From the NCBI GenBank assembly GCA_040751795.1, contig JBFMHR010000003.1:64001-128000 (forward strand): a stretch of 64,000 nt of DNA. Reading direction: 5' to 3'. A program made the position numbers and the translations under genes. This document shows positions 1-9,375 of the stretch, in pieces. The number at the start of each line of letters is the position of its first letter. The first letter of the stretch is position 1. Source of the stretch: Thermoplasmatota archaeon (lineage in GTDB: Archaea > Thermoplasmatota > Thermoplasmata > UBA10834). The notes under the pieces are model-generated. The model worked only from the letters and a program-made list of their open reading frames with translations. It had not been told where the DNA came from and made no database searches.

Positions 1-2
1 AG

Positions 3-386
3 GCGACGGGCAGGATAGGGGTCGAGCACGTCCGGGGCGCGAAGGCGGAGGCGTACAGCTCCATCACCGAGTCGAAGCTCTCCGGGCTCGACCTGCACCA
101 GAGGCTCGCGCTCCTGGGCATCGCGAGGGCCTCCCGGGGCAAGGCCTACATCACCACGAGGGACGCGGAGTCCGCCTACGCCGTCGCGTGCGAGGAGCGA
201 GGGGAGAGGCCGAGGGCGCACACGGCCTTCTGGGGCCTCATGAAGGACCTTGACACCCTGGGCGTCGTCAGCGCGAAGAAGAGCGGCCCCGGGATATCGG
301 GGAAGACGACCGTCATAACGCTGCTGGACATCCCAGCCAAAGCGCTCGAACAGAAGGTCGTGCAACTACTAGATGAACCCCACTGA
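3..386 (+). CDS. cdc6: ORC1/Cdc6 replication initiator, C-terminal winged-helix part (5' end outside window)
   Basis: Own translation of frame 3: ...EHVRGAKAEAYSSITESKLSGLDLHQRLALLGIA...AYAVACEERGERPRAHTAFWGLMKDLDTLGVVSAKKSGPGISGKTTVI..., typical Cdc6 C-terminus; TGA at 384-386. Confidence 0.85.
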   Translation, partial: ATGRIGVEHVRGAKAEAYSSITESKLSGLDLHQRLALLGIARASRGKAYITTRDAESAYAVACEERGERPRAHTAFWGLMKDLDTLGVVSAKKSGPGISGKTTVITLLDIPAKALEQKVVQLLDEPH

Positions 387-469
387 ACGGCTTGTATCCA
401 GCAAACTGCCAGTAGGAACAAGATATTTATAGGACGGGCCCTGTCCACGACGTAACGGATGGAGGCCCC

Positions 470-1018
470 ATGGGCTCGGATGACAAGGGCGCTGTGGAGA
501 TGATACGCCCTGAGGAAGGCATGTGCTACGTCGTCAGGGAGCGTAAGCCCTTCCTCTCGTACAAGCTCTTCGAGGGCGCCATATCCGACGGGTCCCCCGG
601 CCTCTGCGTCACGAGGCAGTACCCGGACAAGATAAGGGAGTCGTTCGACCTGAGGGACACGCGCGTGATGTGGCTCAGCCACACCCCGGGGAAGGACCAC
701 CACAACCCGACGAGCATCGGGACCCTCGCGACCATCATCTCCTCGTTCATAGAGCGCTACGAGAAGTGCGTCGTGATCATCGACGGCCTCGAGTACCTCG
801 TCATCAACAACGGCTTCCAGCAGGTCCTCAGGTTCGTGGAGCACATAAACGAGCAGGTCATGCAGAGCAGGTCGACCGTGCTCGTTCCCATAAGCCCCAA
901 CGCCTTCAGCGAGAAGGAGCTGGCGCTCCTCGAGAGGAACGTCGAGGTCATAGAGGCGCCCTCCGTGAGCATGGGCCTCGAGAAGGACATGATGAGGCTC
1001 ATCGACCAGTACAGGTGA
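470..1018 (+). CDS. DUF835 family protein (inactive KaiC-like ATPase domain)
   Basis: GLCVTRQYP, VMWLS, VVIIDGLEYL..NNGF and ELALLER motifs; TATA-like TATTTATA upstream. Confidence 0.85.
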   Translation: MGSDDKGAVEMIRPEEGMCYVVRERKPFLSYKLFEGAISDGSPGLCVTRQYPDKIRESFDLRDTRVMWLSHTPGKDHHNPTSIGTLATIISSFIERYEKCVVIIDGLEYLVINNGFQQVLRFVEHINEQVMQSRSTVLVPISPNAFSEKELALLERNVEVIEAPSVSMGLEKDMMRLIDQYR

Positions 1019-1075
1019 AGGGCGGTCCGTTTTACCGGCCCAAGGTTTTTGCACACCTTCCATGATTAGCCCTGC

Positions 1076-2227
1076 ATGAACGCGACCCCTCTGAACGACG
1101 AGCACAGGAGGCTCGGTGCCAAGATGGTCTGGTTCGCAGGGTGGGACATGCCCATCCAGTACACGTCGATCATGGACGAGCACATGACCGTCAGGAACGC
1201 CAGCGGGGCGTTCGACGTGTCCCACATGGGGGACTTCATCATAAGGGGCCCCGGGGCGTCAAAGGTGATAGACCTCCTCATGACCAACAAGGTGCGCGAC
1301 GCCCCGGTCGGCCGGTGCGTCTACTCCCACCTCCTGGACGAGCGGGGGAGGATACTGGACGACACCATCGCGTCGCCTCTGGGCAAGGACGAGTACTTCA
1401 TGGTCCCCAACGCCTCCACGACCTCCAAGATGAGGAAGTGGGTCGAGAGCCACCTCGACGGGCAGGAGCTGGTGGACATGTCCTCGGAGCTCGCGACCGT
1501 CGCGGTCCAGGGCCCGATGGCTAGGGAGGTGGTCCAGAGGCTCACGTCCGCCGACCTGTCGCCCCTGGGCTCGTTCTGGGCGACGTTCGCGAGGCTCGAC
1601 CACATCGATTCCAAGGGCTCCCGCCCGAGGACCGAGCTCCTGAGGGACAGGAGGTCCGCGAACGGCCAGGGCGAGGGCATCATGGCCTACCTGTCCACGA
1701 CCGGCTACACCGGGGAGGAGGGGTTCGAGATCGCCTGCGAGAACGCGGACGCGCACGACGTGTGGAGGGCCGTCCTCGAGAAGGGGAGGGACCTGGGCCT
1801 CAGGCCGATAGGCCTGGGCGCGAGGGACACCCTGCGCCTCGAGAAGGCGCTCCTCCTGTCCGGCACCGACTTCGACGGCTCCCAGACGAGCGTGCAGACC
1901 GGCCCTTCCTGGGTGGTCGACTGGGGGCACGAGTTCATGGGCAGGAAGCACCTGGAGGAGCAGCGCGCCTCCGGTTCCTACGACAGGCTCGTGTGCGTCG
2001 AGGCGAAGGACAAGGGCATACCCAGGCACGGCTACGAGATACACAGGGACGGGGCGAGGGTCGGGACCGTCACCAGCGGCACGATGTCGCCCGTCCTGAA
2101 GAAGGGGATCGCCATGGGCTACGTCCCCGTCGGCATGTCGGCCGTCGGGACGGGGCTGCAGGTCAAGGTAAGGGACACGCTGGTGGAGGCGGAGATCGTG
2201 AAGCCGCCTTTCGTGAGGAGGGGATGA
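1076..2227 (+). CDS. gcvT: Glycine cleavage system aminomethyltransferase T
   Basis: FAGWDMPIQY, FDVSHMG, TGYTGEEGFE, GLGARDTLRLEK, VTSGTMSP. Confidence 0.95.
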   Translation: MNATPLNDEHRRLGAKMVWFAGWDMPIQYTSIMDEHMTVRNASGAFDVSHMGDFIIRGPGASKVIDLLMTNKVRDAPVGRCVYSHLLDERGRILDDTIASPLGKDEYFMVPNASTTSKMRKWVESHLDGQELVDMSSELATVAVQGPMAREVVQRLTSADLSPLGSFWATFARLDHIDSKGSRPRTELLRDRRSANGQGEGIMAYLSTTGYTGEEGFEIACENADAHDVWRAVLEKGRDLGLRPIGLGARDTLRLEKALLLSGTDFDGSQTSVQTGPSWVVDWGHEFMGRKHLEEQRASGSYDRLVCVEAKDKGIPRHGYEIHRDGARVGTVTSGTMSPVLKKGIAMGYVPVGMSAVGTGLQVKVRDTLVEAEIVKPPFVRRG

Positions 2228-2228
2228 C

Positions 2229-3263
2229 ATGAAGGAGCTGCTCGAGGAGCTGATACGGGTGCCCGGGGTCTCCGGGTTCGAGGAGGACATAAGGGAGCGC
2301 ATCAGGGAGAAGGTCGAGGCCATGGGCCTCGTGGCCGAGGAGGACAACATCGGCAACCTGATGGTGACCGTCGGGGACAAGGGCCCCAAGGTCGTGTTCA
2401 TAGCCCACATGGACGAGCTGGGCCTCATAGTGAGCAAGATGGAGGCGGACGGCTCCCTCAGGATACGCAAGGTCGGGGGCATCGACGACCGCACCCTCGT
2501 GGGGAGGGTCGTGGAGATCAAGACGCAGAAGGGGACCGTCACGGGCGTCATAGGCCTCAAGCCCCCGCACCTGATGACCGAGAGCGACGACAGGAAGAAG
2601 GTCGTCGGGTGGGAGGAGGTCAGGGTCGACGTCGGCACCAGGACCAGGGCCCAGACGGAGAGGCTCGGCGTGCGGATCCTGGACCCGATGGTGCTCAAGA
2701 AGGACGTGACATTCATGGGCGACATGGTCTGCGCCAGGGGCGTGGACGACAGGGCCGGGTGCGCCGTGCTCCTGGAGGCGCTGGACCGGCTCCGCAAGAA
2801 GAGGCTCCCGCTGCGGCTCACCTTCGTCTGGAGCGTCCAGGAGGAGACGGGGCTCAAGGGGGCGAAGGTCGTCGGCTTCAGGATGACCCCCGACTACGTG
2901 TTCGCGATAGACACCATGACGACGACGGACGGACCGGGCCAGGGGGAGACCTACGAGAAGATCCTCCTGGGCTCGGGACCGGCCCTCCGCATGCTGGACC
3001 ACGCCGCGGTCGCCTCCCCGAAGCTGAGGAAGCTCGTGGAGGAGGTCGCCAGGGCGGGGAAGGTGCCCCTGCAGTACGGCACGGGAGGGGGCGCCACCGA
3101 CGGAGCGGTGATGCAGGACTTCGGCGCGCTCATGATGCCGCTGGGCATACCCATGCGCTACACCCACTCCCCGACCGAGTGCGCCAGCATGGAGGACCTC
3201 GCGCAGCTCTCGAGGCTCGTGGTGCTCATATCCGAGAGGCTCGCCAAGGGCGGCAAGGGATGA
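2229..3263 (+). CDS. M42 family metallo-aminopeptidase (TET-like)
   Basis: PGVSGFE, AHMDELG, DDRAG, VQEETG, GGGATDG, RYTHSPTE. Confidence 0.92.
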   Translation: MKELLEELIRVPGVSGFEEDIRERIREKVEAMGLVAEEDNIGNLMVTVGDKGPKVVFIAHMDELGLIVSKMEADGSLRIRKVGGIDDRTLVGRVVEIKTQKGTVTGVIGLKPPHLMTESDDRKKVVGWEEVRVDVGTRTRAQTERLGVRILDPMVLKKDVTFMGDMVCARGVDDRAGCAVLLEALDRLRKKRLPLRLTFVWSVQEETGLKGAKVVGFRMTPDYVFAIDTMTTTDGPGQGETYEKILLGSGPALRMLDHAAVASPKLRKLVEEVARAGKVPLQYGTGGGATDGAVMQDFGALMMPLGIPMRYTHSPTECASMEDLAQLSRLVVLISERLAKGGKG

Positions 3264-4330
3264 CCATGGCCTCCGACGCGGAGAAGGTCCTGACGGACCT
3301 GGTGCTGATGAGGTCCCAGGAGACCGACCCTATGGGGCCCATCGCAGACTACGTGGCCAGGCGCATGAAGGCCCTCGGGATGGACGTGAGGAGGCACGGC
3401 TCCGCCGAGAAGCCCTCGCTCGTGGGCGAGCGGGGGAAGGGCGGCGTGGTCCTGTCGGGCCACCTCGACACCGTGCCCATAGGCACCGGCTGGACCAGGG
3501 GGCAGGGCGAGGTCGTGGACGGCGCCATGTACGGCCGCGGCACCAACGACATGAAGGGCGGGTGCGCGGCGATGCTGCTGGCGGCCGAGGAGCTCGTGGC
3601 CGCCGATGTGCCTTTCGCGCTCTGCTTCACCACCGACGAGGAGACGTCCATGGACGGGGCGGCCGCCGCGGCGAAGGACCCCGCGCTCGGCGCGGCCCCG
3701 GCGGTGGTCGTTACCGAGGCCACGGAGTTCGACATCGTCGTCAGGGAGAAGGGGCTGGTGCAGTTCTCCATCACCACCAGGGGGAGGCCGGCCCACGCCA
3801 GCATGCCCCACCTGGGCGAGAACGCCATCGCAGGGATGGTGTCGGTGCTCCACAGGCTGGAGGACGTCTACAGGCCCCCCAAGGACCCGCTGGAGCAGAT
3901 GACCCTGTGCGTCGACACGATCAGGGGCGGGACCGCGATGAACGTCATACCCGACGAGTGCGTCGCCGAGGTCGACGTCAGGTACCCGCCGCACATGAGC
4001 ACCCAGGCGGTCCTGGACCTGGTCAGGAGGAAGGTCGGGGACGCCAGGTTCGAGGTCAAGGTCCTGCACGAGCTGGACCCCGTGGAGACGGAGGCGGACA
4101 GCGGGGCCGTCAGGACCATGAGGGACGTCGTAGGCCCGGGGGCGAAGGTCCTCTCGGTGCCCTACGCGACTGAGATGGTCATGTTCAAGGCCGCCAACAA
4201 GAGGCTCATGGTCTGCGGGCCCGGTGAGTCGGCCGGGTGCCACATCCCGGACGAGAAGATACGCGTCGCGGACGTGGCCAGGGCGGCGGAGATCTACACA
4301 GAGTACTGCTCCCGCATGGCCGGCGGCTAG
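3260..4330 (+). CDS. M20 family metallopeptidase/deacylase (ArgE/DapE-like)
   Basis: SGHLDTVP, GRGTNDMKGG, DEE, AHASMP, CHIPDE; ATG at 3260 overlaps the upstream TGA (ATGA). Confidence 0.9.
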   Translation: MTMASDAEKVLTDLVLMRSQETDPMGPIADYVARRMKALGMDVRRHGSAEKPSLVGERGKGGVVLSGHLDTVPIGTGWTRGQGEVVDGAMYGRGTNDMKGGCAAMLLAAEELVAADVPFALCFTTDEETSMDGAAAAAKDPALGAAPAVVVTEATEFDIVVREKGLVQFSITTRGRPAHASMPHLGENAIAGMVSVLHRLEDVYRPPKDPLEQMTLCVDTIRGGTAMNVIPDECVAEVDVRYPPHMSTQAVLDLVRRKVGDARFEVKVLHELDPVETEADSGAVRTMRDVVGPGAKVLSVPYATEMVMFKAANKRLMVCGPGESAGCHIPDEKIRVADVARAAEIYTEYCSRMAGG

Positions 4331-5616
4331 GGGAAGACCCTGCTGACCGTGCGCGGGTAGGGGATCGCGTCCCTGATGTGGTCCATCCTGCAGACCCACG
4401 TCAGGAACCTCTCGACGCCCAGGCCGAAGCCGGAGTGCGGGACGGAGCCGTACCTCCTCAGGTCGAGGTACCACGAGTACCTGTCCAGGCTCTCGCCCTT
4501 CTCCCTGATGCGCTCCATCAGGAGGGCGTTGTCCGTCTCCCTCTCGCTGCCGCCGATGATCTCGCCGAAGCCCTCCGGCGCCAGGAGGTCCGTGTTCTTG
4601 TAGGTCCTGGGGTCGTCCGGGTTCTCCTTCATGTAGAACGGCTTCAGCTCCTTCGGGTAGTTCATGACGAACATGGGGGTGCCGCTGTCCTTGGTCAGCT
4701 CGCGCTCCTCGACCGCCCCGAAGTCGGAGCCCCATTCCACGTCCAGGCCCTTCGCCTGGAGCCGCTCTATGGCCTCGCCGTACGGGAGCCTGTCGAACGG
4801 CGGCGCGACCCGCAGGAGGTCCGCGGGGTCCCGCTTGAACAGGCCGAGCTCGGCGCTGCAGTCCTTGGCGGCCCTGTGCAGCATCGCCGTCACGAGCTCC
4901 TCCTGGACCTTCATGTTCTCCGCGTTGTCGACCCAGGCTGCCTCCATCTCGAGGTGCCAGAACTCGGCGAGGTGCCTGGGGGTCCTGGACTTCTCCGCCC
5001 TGAACGACGGCGTGAGCGAGTAGACCTTCTCGCAGGAGTAGATGAGCGACTCGAGGTAGAACTGGGCGCTCTGCGACAGGTACGCTATCCTGTCGAAGTA
5101 CTTGATCTGGAAGAGCTGCGTGCTGTCCTCCGCGGCGACGCCTGTTATGATGGGAGGGTTGACCTCGACGTAGCCGTTCTCGTGGAACCAGTCCCTCGCG
5201 CCCATGAGGAGGGAGTCCTTGATCCGCATCGCGGCCGTCTGCTCCCTGGAGCGTATCCAGAGGTGGCGCAGGTCGAGGAGCAGCTCGGTGCTCTGGTACT
5301 CCGTGATGGGGAACGGCTCCGCCGGGCCCACGAGGGTGAACCTGGAGGCCCGCACCTCGAACCCGCCGGGGGCGCGCTTGTCCTCCGCCATGGTCCCCTC
5401 TATGATGGCCGATGATTCGATGCCCGCGTTGGTGGCCGCCGCGAAGTCCGGCTCCGGCACTGTGCCCTTCTTGACGGTGACCTGGACTATGCCAGAGGAG
5501 TCCCTGAGCACGGCGAACACGATCCCCCCGCTGCTCCGGGTCCGGTAGATCCAGCCCCTCACCTGCACGGCCTTCCCGACCATGTCCTCGGCGAGGACGT
5601 CCCTTATCGCGACCAT
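4327..5616 (-). CDS. asnS: Asparagine--tRNA ligase
   Basis: OB-fold N-terminus, FRAEKSRTPRHLAEFW, GEIIGGSERE, WYLDLRRYGSVPHSGFGLGVER; start taken at ATG 5616, about 25 nt below a TATA-like element. Confidence 0.95.
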   Translation of the reverse strand: MVAIRDVLAEDMVGKAVQVRGWIYRTRSSGGIVFAVLRDSSGIVQVTVKKGTVPEPDFAAATNAGIESSAIIEGTMAEDKRAPGGFEVRASRFTLVGPAEPFPITEYQSTELLLDLRHLWIRSREQTAAMRIKDSLLMGARDWFHENGYVEVNPPIITGVAAEDSTQLFQIKYFDRIAYLSQSAQFYLESLIYSCEKVYSLTPSFRAEKSRTPRHLAEFWHLEMEAAWVDNAENMKVQEELVTAMLHRAAKDCSAELGLFKRDPADLLRVAPPFDRLPYGEAIERLQAKGLDVEWGSDFGAVEERELTKDSGTPMFVMNYPKELKPFYMKENPDDPRTYKNTDLLAPEGFGEIIGGSERETDNALLMERIREKGESLDRYSWYLDLRRYGSVPHSGFGLGVERFLTWVCRMDHIRDAIPYPRTVSRVFP

Positions 5617-5682
5617 CCAGATGCTGAAGCCCCAATCCGAATATAAGCCCTTCGGACGCCGGCGCAACGGAGATATCGCGGC

Positions 5683-6174
5683 TTGGCGGTACCGCTGACC
5701 GTGAAGGTCAGGGAGGCGGCCCCCGAGGACCTGGGGGGCCTGATGCGCCTCGAGGAGGAGTGCTTCGGGGTCGAGAAGTTCTCGGAGGCCACCCTCATGG
5801 CGTTCCTCGTGAGGGAGGACGCCTTCGCCCTCGTGGCCGAGGAGGAGGGCGTCGTGGGCGCCGCCCTCTGCCTCTGCTCGAGGGGCAGGGCCGAGGGGAG
5901 GATAGCCTCGATAGCCGTCCTGGGGCGGGAGAGGAGGCGGGGGGTCGGGTCGCTGCTCCTCCGGGAGACGGAGGCGCGGCTCGAGGCGATGGGGGCCAGG
6001 ACCTTCGGGCTCGAGGTCGACGTCGAGAACGGGCCCGCGATAGCCCTCTACACGAAGCACGGCTACACGCTCAGGGCGATCGTGAGGGATTACTACGGCG
6101 CGGGCAGGCACGCGTACGTGATGGAGAAGTCCCTGAGCCCCCAGGGGTCGAGGGTCAGCGTCAGGCCTTCCTGA
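5683..6174 (+). CDS. rimI: RimI-like GNAT N-acetyltransferase
   Basis: IAV...RRRGVGSLLL, LEVDVENGPAIALY.KHGY, DYYGAGRHAYVM; start uncertain (TTG 5683 or GTG 5701). Confidence 0.8.
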   Translation: MAVPLTVKVREAAPEDLGGLMRLEEECFGVEKFSEATLMAFLVREDAFALVAEEEGVVGAALCLCSRGRAEGRIASIAVLGRERRRGVGSLLLRETEARLEAMGARTFGLEVDVENGPAIALYTKHGYTLRAIVRDYYGAGRHAYVMEKSLSPQGSRVSVRPS

Positions 6175-9100
6175 CGACCAGCTCGAGCGGCATCCTGTCG
6201 ACAGTCCACTTGACGGCGCCCTCCGCTGGCTCCGACCGCGTGAGCGCGCGCGCGTGCGTCTCGTGGCGTATATGCTCCATGTGGGACGAGATGGCCGCCT
6301 CGATGTCCGGGTGGGCGCTGTACTCCACGACCACCTCGTCCTCGAACTCCAGGCCCTGCTCCTTCCTCATGTGCTGCACCCGCCTGATGACCTCCCTCGA
6401 GAGACCCTCCAGCCTCAGCCTCCGGTCCACCGCGAGGGACATGTAGGCGTGGATGTCGCCGGCGCTGGCGTGGGCGTACCCGCCCTTCTGCCTCTCCGAC
6501 ACCAGGACGTCCTCCTCGGTGAGGTCGAAGCCGCCGAGCCGGACCTTGCCCGATGCGCGCAGGTGCCTGACCAGCTCGCTCCCGTCCACCTGGTCCAGGA
6601 GCCTGGAGACCTCCGAGGCGGACTCCTTGAACTTGGGCCCGAGGGTCCTGAGGTTCGGGGACACGGCGAACTCCACCATGCCCTCCCTCGACTCGACGCA
6701 CTCGACCCGCTTGACGTTCAGCTCCTCCGCGATCATCCTCTCGTACCTGCGCAGGACCCATGCGACGTCCCTGCTGGAGGCTATCACCGCGTGGTCCAGG
6801 GGCTGCCTCAGCTTCACGTTCGCACCCTGCCTGGCGGTCCTCCCGGCCTCCACCGCCTGCCTCACGGCCGCCATCTGCGACTCGAGGGGTGGGACCACCA
6901 TCGAGGCGTCCGCCCTCGGGAAGTCCTCGAGGTGGACGCACCCCTTCGGCCCCTTCAGGCACCTGTACAGCCAGTCCGAGAAGAACGGCGCCGCCGGCGC
7001 CATGATGAGGGAGAGGGATGCGAGGCACTCGTGGAGCGTCGCGTGCGCGGAGAACCTGTCCTCGGGGTCGTTCTCCATCCAGAACCGCCTCCTCGACCTG
7101 CGGACGTACCAGCCGCTCAGGTCGTCGACGAACAGAGTGGTCGCGCGGACCGCCGACTGCACGTCCATCGCGTCGAACGCCGCCCTCACGTCCCCTATGG
7201 TCGAGTTGAGCCTGGACAGGATCCACCTGTCGAGGTCGTGGGTCCGGTCCTTCGCCCCCTGGCCCGTGTACCCGTAGGCGTTGGCGTTGGACGAGTAGAA
7301 CGCGTAGAGGTTCAGGACGGTCGTGAGCGTGCCCACCATCGTCTTCCTCACGTCCTCCATCGAGAACCTGACGGGGCTGGACACCGTCGAGCCGAGGAGG
7401 TACAGCCTGGCCGCGTCTGCGCCCACGGAGCCGAACACCTCGGCCGGGGACGCCGCGCCGGCGGCGCCCGCCCCCATCGCCCTGCCCTTCTCGTCGAGCA
7501 GGCGCTCCAGCACCAGCACCGACCGGAAGGCGGGCGCGTCGAAGAGCAGCGTGCCCACGACGTGCTGCGTGTAGAACCAGCCCCTGGTCTGGTCCGACGA
7601 CTCGGTGATGAAGTCGACCGACCTGTGCGTCTCGAACTCGGCGATGTTCTCGAACGGGTAGTGGTACTGGGCGAACGGGGCGCAGCCGGAGTCGTACCAG
7701 CAGTCGAGCACGTCCTGCTCCCTGGCCATCCCCGCGCCGCACTCAGGGCAGCGGAGGCGGACCGAGTCCACGGACGGCCTGTGGAGGTCCAGGGGCTCGG
7801 GGAGCGGCGCCTCCGAGAGACGGGCCAGCTCCTCCACGCTCCCGACGCAGACCTCGTGGCCGGACGGGCACCTCCAGACCGGCAGCGGGGTCCCCCAGTA
7901 CCTGCTCCTGCTGACCACCCAGTCCTTCGCGTCCTCGAGGAACGTGCCGAACCTGCCCCCGCCGTAGTCGGTCGGCACCCAGCTGATCTCGGAGTTGAGC
8001 TCGGCCATCCGCTCCTTCGCGCCCGAGGCGCGCACGGACCAGACGTCCCTGGGCTTGTACATGAGAGGGCTGCGGCACCTCCAGCAGAACGGGCTGGAGC
8101 GCCTGGTCAGGCCCCACTTGAAGAGGAGGCCCTTCGCCTCGAGCATGCGCACGACCTCCGGGGAGGCGTCGCCCACGCTCCTGCCTGCGAGGTCCGGGAC
8201 CTCTGCGGTGAACCTGCCCGAATCGTCGACGGGGTCGAACGGGGCGACGCCCTCATCCTCCCCGATCTGGCGGTCGACTGAGGCGTATGGGGGCGACACG
8301 TGCATGACGCCCGTCCCCTCCGCCTTGGTGACCTCGTGCGAGCCCACGACCCTGTGGCCCCTGCCCCCGAAGTCACAGTACGCGAAGGGAGGCTCGTAGG
8401 CCATGCCGACCAGCTCGGAGCCGGCCATCGTCCTGACCGGCCGGGCCTCCGGGCCCAGCATGTGGGCCTTGTCCTCCGCGACGATGGCGCGCTCGCCGGC
8501 CACCTCGTACACGCCGTAGGCCTTCGATGCGTCGACCGCGAGGAGCGCGTTCGCGACCAGCGTCCAAGGCGTCTCGGTGTAGACCAGGGCCGACGCGCCG
8601 AGCGACGGGACCCTGAACCTCACCACGGCCCACCTGACCTCCGCCTCCTCGAAGCCGAGGGCGACCTCGTGCGTGCTGAGGGGCGTGCCGCACCTGGGGC
8701 AGTACGGCGCGACCTGGAGCGACTTCGACACCAGGCCTCTGGAGTGTAGCTGCTTGAAGGACCACCAGACGCTCTCGATGTACTCGTTGGACATCGTGAG
8801 GTAGGCATGCTCGTAGTCGATCCCGTATCCGAGCCTGCGGCTCATGTCCTCCCAGTCGGCCTTGTACCTCACGACGCTCTCGCGGCAGGCGTCGTTGAAC
8901 CCCCCGACCCCGAAGGCCTCGACCGCGCCCTTGCCGTCGATGCCGAGGGCGCGCTCGACCTCGATCTCGACCGGGAGGCCGTGGCAGTCCCACCCCGCGA
9001 TGAAGGGGAGGACATCGCGGCCGTTCATGATGTGGTACCTGAGGAAGGAGTCCTTCACGGCGCGCGTGAGCGCGTCGGACATGTCGGGGGGCCTGTTGGC

Positions 9101-9253
9101 CGTCGGGGGGCCCTCGCAGAACACCAGAGGCGCCCCGCCCCGCATCCGCTCCTTCACCCGGGAGAGGGTCCCCTCCTCTCGCCAGAGCGCGAGGACCTCC
9201 TCCTCGAGCTGGGGGAAGGTCTCCCCCGCGGGTTCCCGGTAGTACCTCTTCAT
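6161..9253 (-). CDS. ileS: Isoleucyl-tRNA synthetase-like protein with degenerate HIGH and KMSKS motifs (probably not a functional synthetase)
   Basis: EGPPTAN, GWDCHGLPVE, SRSRYWGTPLP, DCWYDSG, DQTRGWF, WYVRRSRRRFW, KLRQPL; HIGH position reads DMSD and KMSKS position reads AMGAG; GGAGGAG SD before ATG 9253. Confidence 0.9.
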   Translation of the reverse strand: MKRYYREPAGETFPQLEEEVLALWREEGTLSRVKERMRGGAPLVFCEGPPTANRPPDMSDALTRAVKDSFLRYHIMNGRDVLPFIAGWDCHGLPVEIEVERALGIDGKGAVEAFGVGGFNDACRESVVRYKADWEDMSRRLGYGIDYEHAYLTMSNEYIESVWWSFKQLHSRGLVSKSLQVAPYCPRCGTPLSTHEVALGFEEAEVRWAVVRFRVPSLGASALVYTETPWTLVANALLAVDASKAYGVYEVAGERAIVAEDKAHMLGPEARPVRTMAGSELVGMAYEPPFAYCDFGGRGHRVVGSHEVTKAEGTGVMHVSPPYASVDRQIGEDEGVAPFDPVDDSGRFTAEVPDLAGRSVGDASPEVVRMLEAKGLLFKWGLTRRSSPFCWRCRSPLMYKPRDVWSVRASGAKERMAELNSEISWVPTDYGGGRFGTFLEDAKDWVVSRSRYWGTPLPVWRCPSGHEVCVGSVEELARLSEAPLPEPLDLHRPSVDSVRLRCPECGAGMAREQDVLDCWYDSGCAPFAQYHYPFENIAEFETHRSVDFITESSDQTRGWFYTQHVVGTLLFDAPAFRSVLVLERLLDEKGRAMGAGAAGAASPAEVFGSVGADAARLYLLGSTVSSPVRFSMEDVRKTMVGTLTTVLNLYAFYSSNANAYGYTGQGAKDRTHDLDRWILSRLNSTIGDVRAAFDAMDVQSAVRATTLFVDDLSGWYVRRSRRRFWMENDPEDRFSAHATLHECLASLSLIMAPAAPFFSDWLYRCLKGPKGCVHLEDFPRADASMVVPPLESQMAAVRQAVEAGRTARQGANVKLRQPLDHAVIASSRDVAWVLRRYERMIAEELNVKRVECVESREGMVEFAVSPNLRTLGPKFKESASEVSRLLDQVDGSELVRHLRASGKVRLGGFDLTEEDVLVSERQKGGYAHASAGDIHAYMSLAVDRRLRLEGLSREVIRRVQHMRKEQGLEFEDEVVVEYSAHPDIEAAISSHMEHIRHETHARALTRSEPAEGAVKWTVDRMPLELVVRKA

Positions 9254-9375
9254 GGCAACAGACTCCTCCAAAAGGGGCTCTATCACATACTCGGCAATGG
9301 TGGCATGAATCAGCCAATAGCTATAATCAGGGACTGGCCAGCCGAGTACATCGGAGGGTTTGGAACGACGGTCAC

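Noticed and set aside
387-469. Possible ORB/origin next to cdc6 (TCCAGCAAAC, CCAGTAGGAAC)
   Set aside because: Weak match to the ORB consensus, no G-string, no extended AT-rich unwinding element; the AT stretch is explained by the DUF835 promoter. An origin upstream of cdc6 would lie outside the window.
6161-9253. ileS-like gene as a decaying pseudogene or a mupirocin-resistant IleRS variant
   Set aside because: No frameshift or stop, and a strong SD. Known resistant variants keep histidines in the signature and keep KMSKS, unlike this protein.
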